A DNA stretch of 64,000 bases from Saccharolobus solfataricus P2 (GTDB taxonomy: Archaea > Thermoproteota > Thermoprotei_A > Sulfolobales > Sulfolobaceae). Positions 1-12,797 of the stretch are shown here, piece after piece. Location of the stretch: NCBI RefSeq assembly GCF_000007005.1, contig NC_002754.1; one strand, 5' to 3'. The position numbers and the translations under genes were made by a program. The notes below the pieces were generated by a model. The model did no database searches and was not told the DNA's origin. It saw nothing but the letters and a program-made list of their open reading frames with translations. Every line of letters begins with the position of its first letter. Within the stretch, counting starts at the first letter, position 1.

Positions 1-2033
1 ATTCCACTCCAAGGTGTCTTAGACTGTACTGAGAGTTTAACTCCCAATGGTGTAATCTCTTTATTTGAGGACCCATTCTTAACGCCCTCTTCTTCAGTAT
101 AATTATACTTAATTATTGAGGAGAATATGGATTTCCGCTTCTCATGGTCTAAAAATTCCGGAAGACCCAACAACTGAACATACCAGTCGCCAGTCATTTG
201 AGAAGCATTTAAGGAATCATCTCTTAGATTCGAAATAGGATCATACCAGTTTATATAATACTCCCCATTCCATAAGTATTTATTAACCTTTTCTGTTAAC
301 TCTTTAACCTCGTAGTTATGAAGGTTATTAAGTAGTTTTGATGCCTCATTTAGTGCTTCCAGCGCAGCTATCCATAAAAAGGATACGTAAGGAGAAAAGC
401 CTAACCATGACCAATCATCTAGTGTTTGCATTGATAAGGCTAAAGTGTGATAGCCCAAAATCTTGTGAGCGTCGCTAACTTTTAACATGTTGTTCACATG
501 TCTCATCCACTCTATTCCAGATGGTAATGTAAGGTAAGGCAAACCATCTAAGGTCTGTGTTCTCATAATGCTTTCAATTGCGTTCCTAGCAACCTCATAA
601 ACACTCGTTAGAAACTCCCTATCACCGGTGTATTTAGCTATTAAATAATAGAGTAACACAAATTCCGGGTTGATATCTACCCTCTCATAAGTGTCTACTG
701 TTAATGAGTGGCGAATATAATGAGGCATTCTACCCTTAGGATCCTTGCCTGTTTCCTTTATAATTTTCTTTATTGTATCATATAATTTTTTCAGATCAGT
801 ACTTATAGTTGGATCCTTCTTAACCTCTTCCTTGTACTTCATTAAATTCTCTGGGAATGCTAGTGAAAATAAAACGTATTCTGGGGTATCCTCCTTTAAT
901 GCCCTATTGGAAAGATCCCTTACGATATTCTTAGCCAATTCAGGAAATAGTAACATTACTCCCGGCAGTGCATATAACAGTACGTCTATAGTGTTTAATG
1001 CAGTATTTTCTGGACCTCCTGTATAAGGATATTTTCCAACTTTCCTATAATCTGAGGTATCGAAATATCCTTCCCATATTCCAAAGAATCCATCTTTAGT
1101 TAGCCAAGTACTTTTAACAAGGGTAGCTATTTGTGCTCCAATTAAATCAACAATCCACGATTCTATACCTTCTGCATTATAAAATAAATCGTGGAACTGC
1201 GTAGTCTTCTCCTCTAGGTAGTTTAGATTGTTCACAACGTAATCCATTACTTCTTCACAACTGTTAAAGAAGTTCTCGTAATAATGCCCAACTTTTCTGC
1301 CATCTTTAAGTACAAAATTAGGGAAGAACCAAGTGATTATGAAAGTTAAATCGTTTCCCTTACCACTTACGATTCCTAGATTATCTCCTTTTTTCTTCAC
1401 TAAACTATTAGACCTATAATCATCCCAGAAGTCGAAAATTTGATTATAAGCGATAGCTGATACGTCTTCTCCTATTACCTTTATGCATAGATTCCCTTGA
1501 TATCTAGGATCATCAGATGTCGTTTCTCCTTTGAAGATTACCATGTCCTCCTTAATCTCTATCTGACCTTTCTCAAATGGATTGTTAACTCCGAAGAAGA
1601 ATCTTGTATTCTTCTCACTGTTGAATTTAAATATTGCTACAGGTAAGGAAGAGTTCCTTACGTCTAATGGTATTAACGGTGAGAATGCCTTTAGCTTCAC
1701 TTTATTATCGTAATTTAGGTAAGCCATTGGTGGTTCTCCTATAAACTCAATTTCCCTTATCGGCCTTATCCAAGGTCTTGTATAGGGGTTCGCACCAAAG
1801 TAATAATCGTATGCTTGGAGAATTCTAACCGTTTTTTGCTCTTCATATGCGAAGAAGGAGTCGAATTCAGTCAAAAAATATCTATACCTATCCTCATTTC
1901 TCTCCGCAATTCCTCCGTTGTTAAATATAGTCCATGAGTAAAGTCTGCCATCGGCTCTTATTTCCATGGATCCAGTACCAATTCCACCAAGAGGAACTCC
2001 AGAATCCAAGACATAAGAGTATTTGTATTTCAT
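1..2033 (-). CDS. GH116 family beta-glycosidase, 3' end runs off the window start
   Basis: Not in the ORF track. Manual translation from ATG at 2033 gives MKYKYSYVLDSGVPLGGIGTGSMEIRADG (GH116 N-terminal GVPLGGIG motif). The same frame is open at the window edge (..SVQSKTPWSG). The middle was not translated codon by codon. Confidence 0.88.
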   Translation of the reverse strand, partial: MKYKYSYVLDSGVPLGGIGTGSMEIRADGRLYSWTIFNNGGIAERNEDRYRYFLTEFDSFFAYEEQKTVRILQAYDYYFGANPYTRPWIRPIREIEFIGEPPMAYLNYDNKVKLKAFSPLIPLDVRNSSLPVAIFKFNSEKNTRFFFGVNNPFEKGQIEIKEDMVIFKGETTSDDPRYQGNLCIKVIGEDVSAIAYNQIFDFWDDYRSNSLVKKKGDNLGIVSGKGNDLTFIITWFFPNFVLKDGRKVGHYYENFFNSCEEVMDYVVNNLNYLEEKTTQFHDLFYNAEGIESWIVDLIGAQIATLVKSTWLTKDGFFGIWEGYFDTSDYRKVGKYPYTGGPENTALNTIDVLLYALPGVMLLFPELAKNIVRDLSNRALKEDTPEYVLFSLAFPENLMKYKEEVKKDPTISTDLKKLYDTIKKIIKETGKDPKGRMPHYIRHSLTVDTYERVDINPEFVLLYYLIAKYTGDREFLTSVYEVARNAIESIMRTQTLDGLPYLTLPSGIEWMRHVNNMLKVSDAHKILGYHTLALSMQTLDDWSWLGFSPYVSFLWIAALEALNEASKLLNNLHNYEVKELTEKVNKYLWNGEYYINWYDPISNLRDDSLNASQMTGDWYVQLLGLPEFLDHEKRKSIFSSIIKYNYTEEEGVKNGSSNKEITPLGVKLSVQSKTPWSG

Positions 2034-2117
2034 GCAATCTTCTATGTAGCATAGTAAATAAGCTTTTATGGGTTTATCAGTGATTTTTTAACGGAATAGC
2101 GAGTGTAGGGAGTTAAG

Positions 2118-4130
<2,013 letters not shown>

Positions 4131-4132
<2 letters not shown>

Positions 4133-4162
4133 AAAGGCAAAAAAGAAAAATTTCTTCTTTTC
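4131..4162. terminator. Probable bidirectional oligo-T terminator region between convergent genes
   Basis: A-tracts at 4131-4150 (T-tracts on the minus strand) followed by TTTCTTCTTTTC on the plus strand. Confidence 0.45.
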
Positions 4163-4176
4163 ATTATTATTTTATT

Positions 4177-6309
4177 TTATCTCCTTCTTAATCCTAGTAT
4201 TACTCCTATTATTACTATGATTATAACTACTACTGCTATTATGGCATATAGTGTAGTATTGGATGATGAAGTTACAGTAGTAGTAACAGTAGCTGTGGTG
4301 GTACTTACGGATGTGGATACACTTGTGGTAGTTGAAACACTTGTGGTAGTAACAGTACTTGTGGTAGTGCTAGTTGTAGTAGTTGATGTAGTTGTGGTAG
4401 TGCTAGTTGTAGTAGTTGTGGTTGTTTGATACACGAATGGGTCATTGGAAGTATACCAACTTGAAGGAACTTGTGAAGTATAATACCACCAAGGCTCAGG
4501 AACAGACTGATTAACCAAATGTAAGGCTAAAACAACAGGTAAAGGAGTTGAGGGAAGACTGGTCCATGGGGGAGCCGGCCAATAATAGTTTTGCTGAGTT
4601 GGCCAACCAGTAACAGTATTGTTAACATACTCATACCACTCTGCGCCGTATACTAGAGCAATGGAAGGCATATATTTTATCCATAGAGCAGCTAGCTTAT
4701 TTACTATACTATAATAGGCATTATCGTTTATGCTGAAGTTACCATTTGCCCAGTTCACAAGTTGTTCGAACGTTGGATGGATAATTGATAAATTAAACCT
4801 TTCTATGTTATAATATGTGCTATTTCCTATCGGTGTTATGTTGCCGGGGGAATTCCAATAACCATACAAATACCCAGAAAGTGGTTGTATAGGAGTAGGA
4901 CCGCTAATTAAATCCCACATTAGTCCCATCCAGTAATTGCCAGTTTCCATGTAATTATACCATGTTGTAAACGGTGGTGTTTGTACTTCCACAGTTATGC
5001 CTATTTGCTTCAAATCTTGTGCAATTAAAGTTAAATCGGCGTCCCAATCAGTCCATCCGGCTACCGTAATGATGGTCATTGCTGGTACTGCAGTACCATT
5101 TGGTGTAATTAGTTGGCCATTAACTAATTTATAGCCGTGGGATTCAAGCAACTGTAATGCAGCAGTAACATTACCTTGAGGTGGAGCGAATTGCTCAGCA
5201 AGTTGCAACACCGACGAATTTATATATTGTAGCTGTTGTGGAGGTAATGGAAGAGGCGTAGTTGCTGGCGGTTCGTATCCATATTCGCCCAAATAGTATA
5301 TTGCTGTTCTATTGATCGCAAGGCTTATTGCTTGTCTTAAAACTGGATCGGATAAAGGCCATTTTAGGTTATTGAGTGTCAACATTGTTGGAAATCCAGG
5401 AGCAAAATAGTAATGATAGTGTAGAGGATCTTTTGCCACAAATTGCTGTTGTATATTTGGTTCGAATAGTCCAGCCCAAGTTATTTGCCCATTATTTAAT
5501 GCAGTATCTGCTTGAACATTACTAGGATATGATGGATAGAGTAAGTATTTTATTCTGGGTTCTCCCGGCATCCAATAGTGTGGGTTGGCCACTAGTACTA
5601 TTTCTTGCGGGCTGAAACTATATAGCATATAAGGTCCAGTACCTATTGGATTTGTATTAGGGTATGTGAATGGATTTCCAGTCTTGTTTAGTCCTACATA
5701 TGTTCCATTTGGTAATTGCTCTACTGGGAATATTTTACCCCATTGTGCTGGGTCCACAGGCCATTGCTCCAAAATAGTATACAATACCATTGGCGTTACT
5801 CCAGGTTTAAATACTATTTCTAGCTCATATGGGTTTATTATTGTCATGTTAGCTATTTGATTAGCTGAATATCCCAATTGTGGGTATGCTTGTTCTAACG
5901 CTAATGTGTACCATACTGCTGTAGCGTTAAATGGTGTGCCGTCAGTGAAGTATACGTCATGCCTTAAGTATAATATTAATGCCAATGTTTGTACCTTAGT
6001 ACCATTTGGCAAGTTAACATAACCGGTAGTAAATGTCCAATTGGTGGCTAACCATGGAATAATTTGACCACTTAGCGAATTAACTAGGGCTAATGGTTCG
6101 TAAATAAGCCAAATTAGACCTCCGGGTAAGGCTGGAGCGTTCCATGGATTAAAGTTATCTTGCCATACTATACCCGGACTAGGCATAATTACCATGCTTC
6201 CTTCTGGTTGTACTGATGTTGACTGTGATAGTATTGGCATTGCAAATATCCCTATGCTTATTACCATTAATACTGTAATTATTGTAGAAATTATCTTATA
6301 CCTTTTCAT
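4177..6309 (-). CDS. ABC substrate-binding protein, peptide/nickel family (probably oligosaccharide-binding)
   Basis: Signal peptide, family-5 motifs (YEPL, W.FT, GTGPY), Ser/Thr-rich linker, C-terminal TM helix and RRR tail. Confidence 0.9.
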   Translation of the reverse strand: MKRYKIISTIITVLMVISIGIFAMPILSQSTSVQPEGSMVIMPSPGIVWQDNFNPWNAPALPGGLIWLIYEPLALVNSLSGQIIPWLATNWTFTTGYVNLPNGTKVQTLALILYLRHDVYFTDGTPFNATAVWYTLALEQAYPQLGYSANQIANMTIINPYELEIVFKPGVTPMVLYTILEQWPVDPAQWGKIFPVEQLPNGTYVGLNKTGNPFTYPNTNPIGTGPYMLYSFSPQEIVLVANPHYWMPGEPRIKYLLYPSYPSNVQADTALNNGQITWAGLFEPNIQQQFVAKDPLHYHYYFAPGFPTMLTLNNLKWPLSDPVLRQAISLAINRTAIYYLGEYGYEPPATTPLPLPPQQLQYINSSVLQLAEQFAPPQGNVTAALQLLESHGYKLVNGQLITPNGTAVPAMTIITVAGWTDWDADLTLIAQDLKQIGITVEVQTPPFTTWYNYMETGNYWMGLMWDLISGPTPIQPLSGYLYGYWNSPGNITPIGNSTYYNIERFNLSIIHPTFEQLVNWANGNFSINDNAYYSIVNKLAALWIKYMPSIALVYGAEWYEYVNNTVTGWPTQQNYYWPAPPWTSLPSTPLPVVLALHLVNQSVPEPWWYYTSQVPSSWYTSNDPFVYQTTTTTTTSTTTTTSTTTTSTTTSTVTTTSVSTTTSVSTSVSTTTATVTTTVTSSSNTTLYAIIAVVVIIIVIIGVILGLRRR

Positions 6310-6466
6310 ACCTATACACCATTAATCTGTTTATAATGGTATATTAGGCTATATTTAAACTTTTCTCAGTAATTAAAATCACAATTTTCTAGCAACCTAA
6401 TTAGTGATACAATCTCTTAATAGATTTTCAAGCAAATATCAATAGAAATTAAGAATATAAAAAATG

Positions 6467-7270
6467 TTATTCAATTCTTTTATATGGATCTGGTACTGCT
6501 TCTATTAATAGTCTGGTATACTCGTGTTTTGGATGTGAAATAATAGTTCCCACATCACCCTCCTCCACTATCCTACCATTCTTCACCACATATACCCTAT
6601 CAGCCACATATCCGATTGTAGCAATATCGTGAGTAATGTACATAATCGATATCCCTTTCTCATCTCTTAACCTCTTAAATAAGTCTAATAGTGATGCCCT
6701 TATTGAGGCATCAACGTTTGATACTGGCTCATCAGCTATTAGCACCTTAGGATTTAGTGCCAACACTCTAGCCAAGTAGACTCTCTGTCTTTGTCCTCCA
6801 GAAAGTTGGAACGGATACTTATTGAGAAAGTCTTCTGGAGGAGTTAATGCAACTTCTCTTAGTAACTCTTTTATTCTCTCTTCAATATCACCCCTATATT
6901 TGTATATCTTTAGTGGCCTTTCTATATGCCATTTAACTGTATGAGCTGGGTCTAGTGAGGAATAGGGGTCTTGGAAAACTAATTGAACATCAGCTCTATA
7001 CTGTTTTAGTTGTTTCTTATTCGCTTTGGTAACATCTAAACCCATGGGAGTATAAATTATTGAACCTTTGGTCGGTTTCAATAACCCTACTATCATCCAA
7101 GCTATTACTGTCTTACCTCCGCCGCTTCCTCCCACCATACCTACAATCTCATTCTTCCTTATATCCATATTCACATCCCATATCCCCGGTCTATGCTCTT
7201 TTCCAAAAACACCTTTTCTAACTATGAAGTCTTTATATACATGTATTAACTCAATGAGCTTGTCACTCAT
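6467..7270 (-). CDS. ABC ATP-binding protein (OppF/DppF-like)
   Basis: Walker A GGSGGGKT, LSGGQ signature, LIADEP. Confidence 0.92.
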   Translation of the reverse strand: MSDKLIELIHVYKDFIVRKGVFGKEHRPGIWDVNMDIRKNEIVGMVGGSGGGKTVIAWMIVGLLKPTKGSIIYTPMGLDVTKANKKQLKQYRADVQLVFQDPYSSLDPAHTVKWHIERPLKIYKYRGDIEERIKELLREVALTPPEDFLNKYPFQLSGGQRQRVYLARVLALNPKVLIADEPVSNVDASIRASLLDLFKRLRDEKGISIMYITHDIATIGYVADRVYVVKNGRIVEEGDVGTIISHPKHEYTRLLIEAVPDPYKRIE

Positions 7271-8258
7271 AAGCTTTCTTCACCTCATTTCTCCATTCCG
7301 GATACCTAATGCACTTATAAAATCCAAACTTATCATACGCTACGATTTGAGGTGGGACTTCCTTACATGTGCTCGTAACAAAGGGACATCTTGAAGAAAA
7401 GACACAGCCTTTAGGATATCTTATAAAACCCTCAAAGTCACCAGGAATTCTAGGTAGTTTTTTCCCTCTAGATCTAACGGTAGGTACACTACTAAGCAGA
7501 AGATAGGTGTAGGGATGATAAGCTTCCTCCAATAACGTATTATACTTACCATACTCTACTATTTGCCCACCGTACATTACAGCTATGTAATCTGATATCT
7601 GGAAAAGCATTGCTATATCATGACTTATAACTACCAGTGTTAGATCCTTTTCCTTCTGTATTTTCTTTAATAATTTGAGTATTTCATATTGCACCACTAC
7701 GTCTAATCCAGTAGTTGGTTCGTCCATTATGAGTATTTTTGGATTTAATAGGAGTGAGATTGCAATTACAACCCTCTGTTTCATGCCTCCAGACAATTGG
7801 AAAGGGTACATATCTAATACTTGCCTATCAGTTAACCCTACCTCTTCCAATGTGTTATACACAACGTCAATGTTGGCATAATAATCCATTCCTTTAGCCT
7901 TTAAGATATCTGTAAAGGTCTCCTTAACCTTTCTGATTGGGTTTAGGGAGTTTTGCGCAGCTTGAGGAACGTAAGATATTACGCTTCCCCTTATTTTATT
8001 TAGCTCATCTCTTGACATCGAGAGAATATCGTATTTGCTATCTACAATTATACTACCCCTCTCCACGTATAATGGGGGATTTACAAATCCCATTATCGTT
8101 GTTGCAAGAGTAGACTTTCCAGAACCTGACTCCCCTGCAACACCTATTATTTTACTTTCCGGGATGTCAATACTGACATTTCTTAGGACTTTTATTATAC
8201 CGTAGTCCGATAAGTAACCTACGTTTAAGTTTTTTACCGATATTGAAATTTCGCTCAT
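7263..8258 (-). CDS. ABC ATP-binding protein (OppD/DppD-like)
   Basis: GESGSGKS, LSGGM, MDEPTT and C-terminal Cys cluster GC.F..RC. Confidence 0.92.
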   Translation of the reverse strand: MSEISISVKNLNVGYLSDYGIIKVLRNVSIDIPESKIIGVAGESGSGKSTLATTIMGFVNPPLYVERGSIIVDSKYDILSMSRDELNKIRGSVISYVPQAAQNSLNPIRKVKETFTDILKAKGMDYYANIDVVYNTLEEVGLTDRQVLDMYPFQLSGGMKQRVVIAISLLLNPKILIMDEPTTGLDVVVQYEILKLLKKIQKEKDLTLVVISHDIAMLFQISDYIAVMYGGQIVEYGKYNTLLEEAYHPYTYLLLSSVPTVRSRGKKLPRIPGDFEGFIRYPKGCVFSSRCPFVTSTCKEVPPQIVAYDKFGFYKCIRYPEWRNEVKKAYE

Positions 8259-9235
8259 CTAGTCATCACTTCCTCCTTCTCTTTTGTTTTTTCTATTTTC
8301 TTCATATATTTCTTTACGTCCCATATCCTTAGCCTTGGATTCGCAACTCTATCAATCCCTATGTTTATTAAAGCGAACGAAAACGCTACTAAACCAATCA
8401 TAAGCCCAGGAGGAATGTACCACCACCATAATCCTCTTAGATAAGCCTCCCCTCCTAAGGACCAATAAAGCATAGTTCCCCAATTTACTTGTGTTAGACT
8501 ACCCAATCCAAAATAATAAATGAATGTAAAGCCAGCTATTCCATAAATTGCAGTAAAGAAGAAGTTTGACGCTATGAACGGTAGATTATTAGGTATAATT
8601 TGATTGAAAATTACACTTAATTTAGATTCTCCAATAAGATCAGAAGATAATATATACTCCCTTCTCCTTAACGATAATACTAAAGATCTCAAAACCCTAG
8701 CACCCCATGCCCAACCAGTTAATGAAAGAGTAAGCAAAATTGTTATATACCCTAGTTTAAACTGTAATGCCCCTAGATATGCTCCTATTAATTCGATAAT
8801 CAAAATACCGGGTATTATTAAGAAAATCTGAGTTATTGCACTTAATATTCTATCAATTATCGTCTCTGCATATAATCCTGCGGTTACTCCTATGAGGATA
8901 GCTATTAGCGTACCTATTAAACCTACAGCAAAACCTACTCCAATTACTGGAAATCCACCTACTAAAAGTTGAGAAAAAATATCATGACCATAGTCATCTG
9001 TGCCTAATAGGTGTTGAGGTGAGGGTGGTAGATCCCTAGGAAAGTTAGTCGCGCTTGGATTGTATGGAGTATAAAATACTCCTATTAAGGAAAATACTAT
9101 TATCCCTAGTAGTATATAGAACCCAACTCTTGATACTCTTTGTTCCCACACACCTCTTATTAGATTATAAACCGGACCGTACTTATCTATTTTTAAATTA
9201 AAAGTATTTAACTTTCTGCTGGCCATCTTATACAC
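8255..9235 (-). CDS. ABC permease (DppC-like)
   Basis: HLLGTDDYGHD motif, multiple TM segments, EAA-like loop. Confidence 0.9.
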   Translation of the reverse strand: MYKMASRKLNTFNLKIDKYGPVYNLIRGVWEQRVSRVGFYILLGIIVFSLIGVFYTPYNPSATNFPRDLPPSPQHLLGTDDYGHDIFSQLLVGGFPVIGVGFAVGLIGTLIAILIGVTAGLYAETIIDRILSAITQIFLIIPGILIIELIGAYLGALQFKLGYITILLTLSLTGWAWGARVLRSLVLSLRRREYILSSDLIGESKLSVIFNQIIPNNLPFIASNFFFTAIYGIAGFTFIYYFGLGSLTQVNWGTMLYWSLGGEAYLRGLWWWYIPPGLMIGLVAFSFALINIGIDRVANPRLRIWDVKKYMKKIEKTKEKEEVMTR

Positions 9236-10256
9236 CCTCCGTCTCCTCTTGACTTGTCCTAGGATCTATTATTGTGTAAATTATGTCTGCGACGAAATTA
9301 CTTAATACCATCGCAGTAACTAACATGAAAAATATTCCGCTTAGTAACGGGTAATCCAAACCGGTAATGGCTTGATTAAAGAAGTAGCCTAAACCTGCAT
9401 AGTTAAATAAATACTCTATCGCAACAGCACCCAATACAGAGTATCCTAAGGAAATGGAGAAACTGGTAAAGTTAGGTAATAATGCTAACCTATAGGCCTT
9501 ACTTGCAACCATTTTTTCTGATACTCCCATTAACCTATAATAATTCATATAATCCTCTTGTAAAATGGGTATCATATTATTTCTCATTCCCATTATCCAT
9601 CCTGCTAGGGAAAAGAGAATTAGTGTTAATGTGGGTAATATTGCATGATATATTACGGACCAAATAAAGGGCAAACTCATAGTAGGTTTGAGAAATTGAA
9701 AGGTATTATACTGCCCACCTGTAGGGAATATGTGAAGATCAATTGCTAGTACTTCTATTAAAATCTCCCCAGTAACAAAAACAGGAAACGTATATAAAAA
9801 CATCATGAGTCCCAATATGGCGTAGTCACTTATTTTACCTCTTGACAAAGCAGCCACTCTGCCAAGCAAATTACCTATGAAGAAAGAGGCTACAATAGCT
9901 GGTATTACTATACCAAAAGTCCAAGGAGCAGCTTCAGTTATTATTGTGCTTACAGATACTGGAAATTCGGTAAGAGAAACACCGAAATTCAGTGTAACTA
10001 TTTCTTTTAAGTAATTAAAATACTGAATATAAAGAGGTTGTTGATACTGAGCTAAACCTAATTGCTGAACAAGAATTTGAATCTCTTGTTGAACATTTTG
10101 CCCATAATTGGATCCAGCTCCACCAATTCTACTATAAATTATGCTTGCCAATGCACTACCAGGTATTAGCCTAGGAAGGATAAAATCTATTGTAATTCCA
10201 ACAAACCAAACTATGATGTAATATATACCCCTTTTGATCAAGAAATCTCGTCTCAC
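9228..10256 (-). CDS. ABC permease (DppB-like)
   Basis: FILPRLIPG N-terminus, QY..Y motif, C-terminal DYPLL and IDPR. Confidence 0.9.
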   Translation of the reverse strand: MRRDFLIKRGIYYIIVWFVGITIDFILPRLIPGSALASIIYSRIGGAGSNYGQNVQQEIQILVQQLGLAQYQQPLYIQYFNYLKEIVTLNFGVSLTEFPVSVSTIITEAAPWTFGIVIPAIVASFFIGNLLGRVAALSRGKISDYAILGLMMFLYTFPVFVTGEILIEVLAIDLHIFPTGGQYNTFQFLKPTMSLPFIWSVIYHAILPTLTLILFSLAGWIMGMRNNMIPILQEDYMNYYRLMGVSEKMVASKAYRLALLPNFTSFSISLGYSVLGAVAIEYLFNYAGLGYFFNQAITGLDYPLLSGIFFMLVTAMVLSNFVADIIYTIIDPRTSQEETEGV

Positions 10257-10844
10257 TAGAGACCCACTATTAGAATCTTTGAAATAGAGATATATAAATT
10301 ATGAGTATCAACAACAATTTTGTTAATTTAGAATAAATCATATAAAGTATTCATTTATTTTCAATTCTACATATGATTTGACTGTTGACGAAGAGAAGAT
10401 GTCGCAATTTCTAAATCCTTTCTCAAAAAATTTTGTTGCACAATTAAAGGATTTAACAAAATTGGTATTAGAGAAATTTAAACTAAGTTTCAAATAAATG
10501 AAATTGTTATCCACACTTCATAAATATTATATGTAAAAAACTTAAACTACTAAAACAGTTCTAGATCTTTAAATGAGTATCTGCACAAGGGTTGTGATAA
10601 AAGAAGTGTTAAATCGTATTAAAAATTGAAAATAGTCTTTAGACTTAATGAAGTTCTATCTCTTTTTTCTCAGCATACCAAAAAAATAGCAACTTTTACT
10701 CGATAAGACTAATCTCCTCGTTATGTATCCCTCTTAAGTTTGTTGATTTTCGTTACTAGTTAGATCATTTTTACTGCATGAAGCAGTTCCTTCCTAAGCG
10801 TGAAGACTATATTATTTTTTATTTTAATATTTAACTCTCAATAC

Positions 10845-11915
10845 ATGTCAAAGAGAATTGGTGTAGCGGTTGTAGGTCTAGGCTCAATTGGTAAAACTCA
10901 CGTAAAAGCATTAAAGGACTTAGAAAAGGAAACAGAATTCGTAAAACTAGTTGCGGTAGTGGATCAGATTAAGGCAATAGCAGAAAAAATAGGAAGTGAA
11001 TACGGTACACCCTATTATACCACTATAGATGAAGTATTAAGAAACTCAGAGGTCGATGTCATAAGCATAGCAACCCCTTCCTATTTGCACGCACCCCAGG
11101 CTATTTTAGCAATTGAATATGGAAAACACGTAATAGTCGAAAAGCCAATGGCTACCACTCTAGCTGGAGCTAGAGAGATGGTAAGTAGGGCTGAGAGAAA
11201 TGAGGTTAAACTAGGAGTAATATTCCAAGAGAGATATGCCCCTGACATAAGGAGGTTAAAGAACGATATCTTGAAAGAGCTTGGTAGAATATATTTGATA
11301 GAGTCAGAATTGAAATGGTACCGTGATATGAAGGGATATTATAAGAGGGATGAGATAGCTAGGAGTTGGAGGGGCATGTGGAACACAGAAGGAGGTGGAG
11401 TTATGACAAATCAAGGTATACATACTATTGATTTAATGATATGGCTTAATGGTGAAGTGGAAGAGGTGTCTGGATTTGTTGACAATTTAACTCATGATGG
11501 AATCGAAGTCGAGGACACAGCAGTCGCGATTATGAGATACAAGAACGGAGCATTAGGTACTATTTCTCAAACAGTCTCAATGAAGCCCACTACTTACCAA
11601 TACAGGAAGATTAGGGTAAATGGAAGTAATGGGTTTGTGGAAATTACTGACGGTAGTCTTAGTACAGTCGCAATTGAGGGTAAAATAGAGGAGTCAAAAT
11701 CCAGTGTTGAATATAAGAAAGAAACGATAGCTCAGCCAGGTAATTTGCATAAGGAGTTGCTCAGAGATTTCTTAAGGGCTCTATCAGAGGATAATGATTT
11801 TCCGATAAATGGAAAAGAGGGTATGAAAAGCTTAGAGGTGATAAAAGCCGTTTACCTTTCCTCAGTTAATAGACAAGTAGTGAAGTTACCTTTAGATGTT
11901 AGGATTGTAGTGTAA
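10845..11915 (+). CDS. Gfo/Idh/MocA family NAD(P)-dependent oxidoreductase
   Basis: VVGLGSIG Rossmann motif, ATP...H, EKP and GGG..NQGIHTID. ATG 10845 preferred over GTG 10800. Confidence 0.88.
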   Translation: MSKRIGVAVVGLGSIGKTHVKALKDLEKETEFVKLVAVVDQIKAIAEKIGSEYGTPYYTTIDEVLRNSEVDVISIATPSYLHAPQAILAIEYGKHVIVEKPMATTLAGAREMVSRAERNEVKLGVIFQERYAPDIRRLKNDILKELGRIYLIESELKWYRDMKGYYKRDEIARSWRGMWNTEGGGVMTNQGIHTIDLMIWLNGEVEEVSGFVDNLTHDGIEVEDTAVAIMRYKNGALGTISQTVSMKPTTYQYRKIRVNGSNGFVEITDGSLSTVAIEGKIEESKSSVEYKKETIAQPGNLHKELLRDFLRALSEDNDFPINGKEGMKSLEVIKAVYLSSVNRQVVKLPLDVRIVV

Positions 11916-12050
11916 CCATTTTATTATTCATACTTCCTAGCTGATTACGATTAAGAACTTTTTTTCGCATCTTTCCTTATTTTTTAAAAACTATTCTAGA
12001 TCTCAAAAAAGTTGAACAGTGCTTACTACTCTTTAATAATTTTTTTGGTT

Positions 12051-12075
12051 AACTAGTTAAAGCTAAATTTAAATA
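12051..12075 (+). promoter_or_regulatory. AACTAGTT motif + 9 nt + TATA box (TTTAAATA)
   Basis: AACTAGTT at 12051-12058 and TTTAAATA at 12068-12075, which ends 24 nt before ATG 12099. Confidence 0.55.
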
Positions 12076-12098
12076 TCAAATACGTGTTCCTCTCATCT

Positions 12099-12797
12099 AT
12101 GAAACTCGGAATACAAAGTTATTCGCTTAGGAAATTAACTTATGAGAATGCTTTAAAGGTAATGTCTGAGTTAGGAATATCCTACGTTGAAGCGTTCCCA
12201 AGACACTTGCCTCCTTCTTCTAATAGTGTTAAGGATATAATCAATTTACATAAAGAAAACGGAGTCAAAGTTATCGCCCATGGGGTTAACCATCTTAAGA
12301 GCGATAAGAAAGAGTTGAGAAGTATCTTCGACTTCGCAAACAAGGTTGAAATTGAGGTAATAACTGCGGATCCAGATGAGGATTGCCTTAACTTGATGAG
12401 TGACCTAGTAAAGGAATACGACATTAAAGTTGCCATACATAATCATGGTCCCTATCATAGATGGGGGTCTTATAAGAAGATTTACGAGTTCACGAAAAAC
12501 TTAGATTATAGAGTTGGAATGTGTCTTGATCTAGCCCACTTATTTAGATATGGCGAGAATCCAATTGAGGCAGTAAATACACTAAGGGATAGAATTCACG
12601 ACATTCATGTAAAAGATGTAAATAATAAGGGAGAGGACGTAATAGTGGGTAGTGGAATTTTAGATGTGAAGGGAGTTATAGGCAAGGTAAAGGAGTTGAA
12701 TCTAGACATACCGCTAATGATAGAATATGAGCCAGAACCAGAAAACCCTCTTCCGGGAATAGTTAAGTCCTTGGAGTACGTGAAAAAACTACTCTAG
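12099..12797 (+). CDS. Sugar-phosphate isomerase/epimerase (xylose-isomerase-like TIM barrel); possible 3-ketoglycoside lyase
   Basis: [24 protein letters not shown] and IEYE metal-binding motifs. ATG 12099 fits leaderless spacing. Confidence 0.8.

Noticed and set aside
4217-4429. Val-rich ORF and tandem GTA/GTG-type repeats (similar tracts at 16200-16340 and 60920-61070)
   Set aside because: Antisense of Ser/Thr linker codons of surface proteins, not a separate gene or repeat array.
10753-10762. TTACTAGTTA, similar to the AACTAGWT motif
   Set aside because: About 80 nt from the probable start and not at the 9-10 nt spacing from a convincing TATA box.
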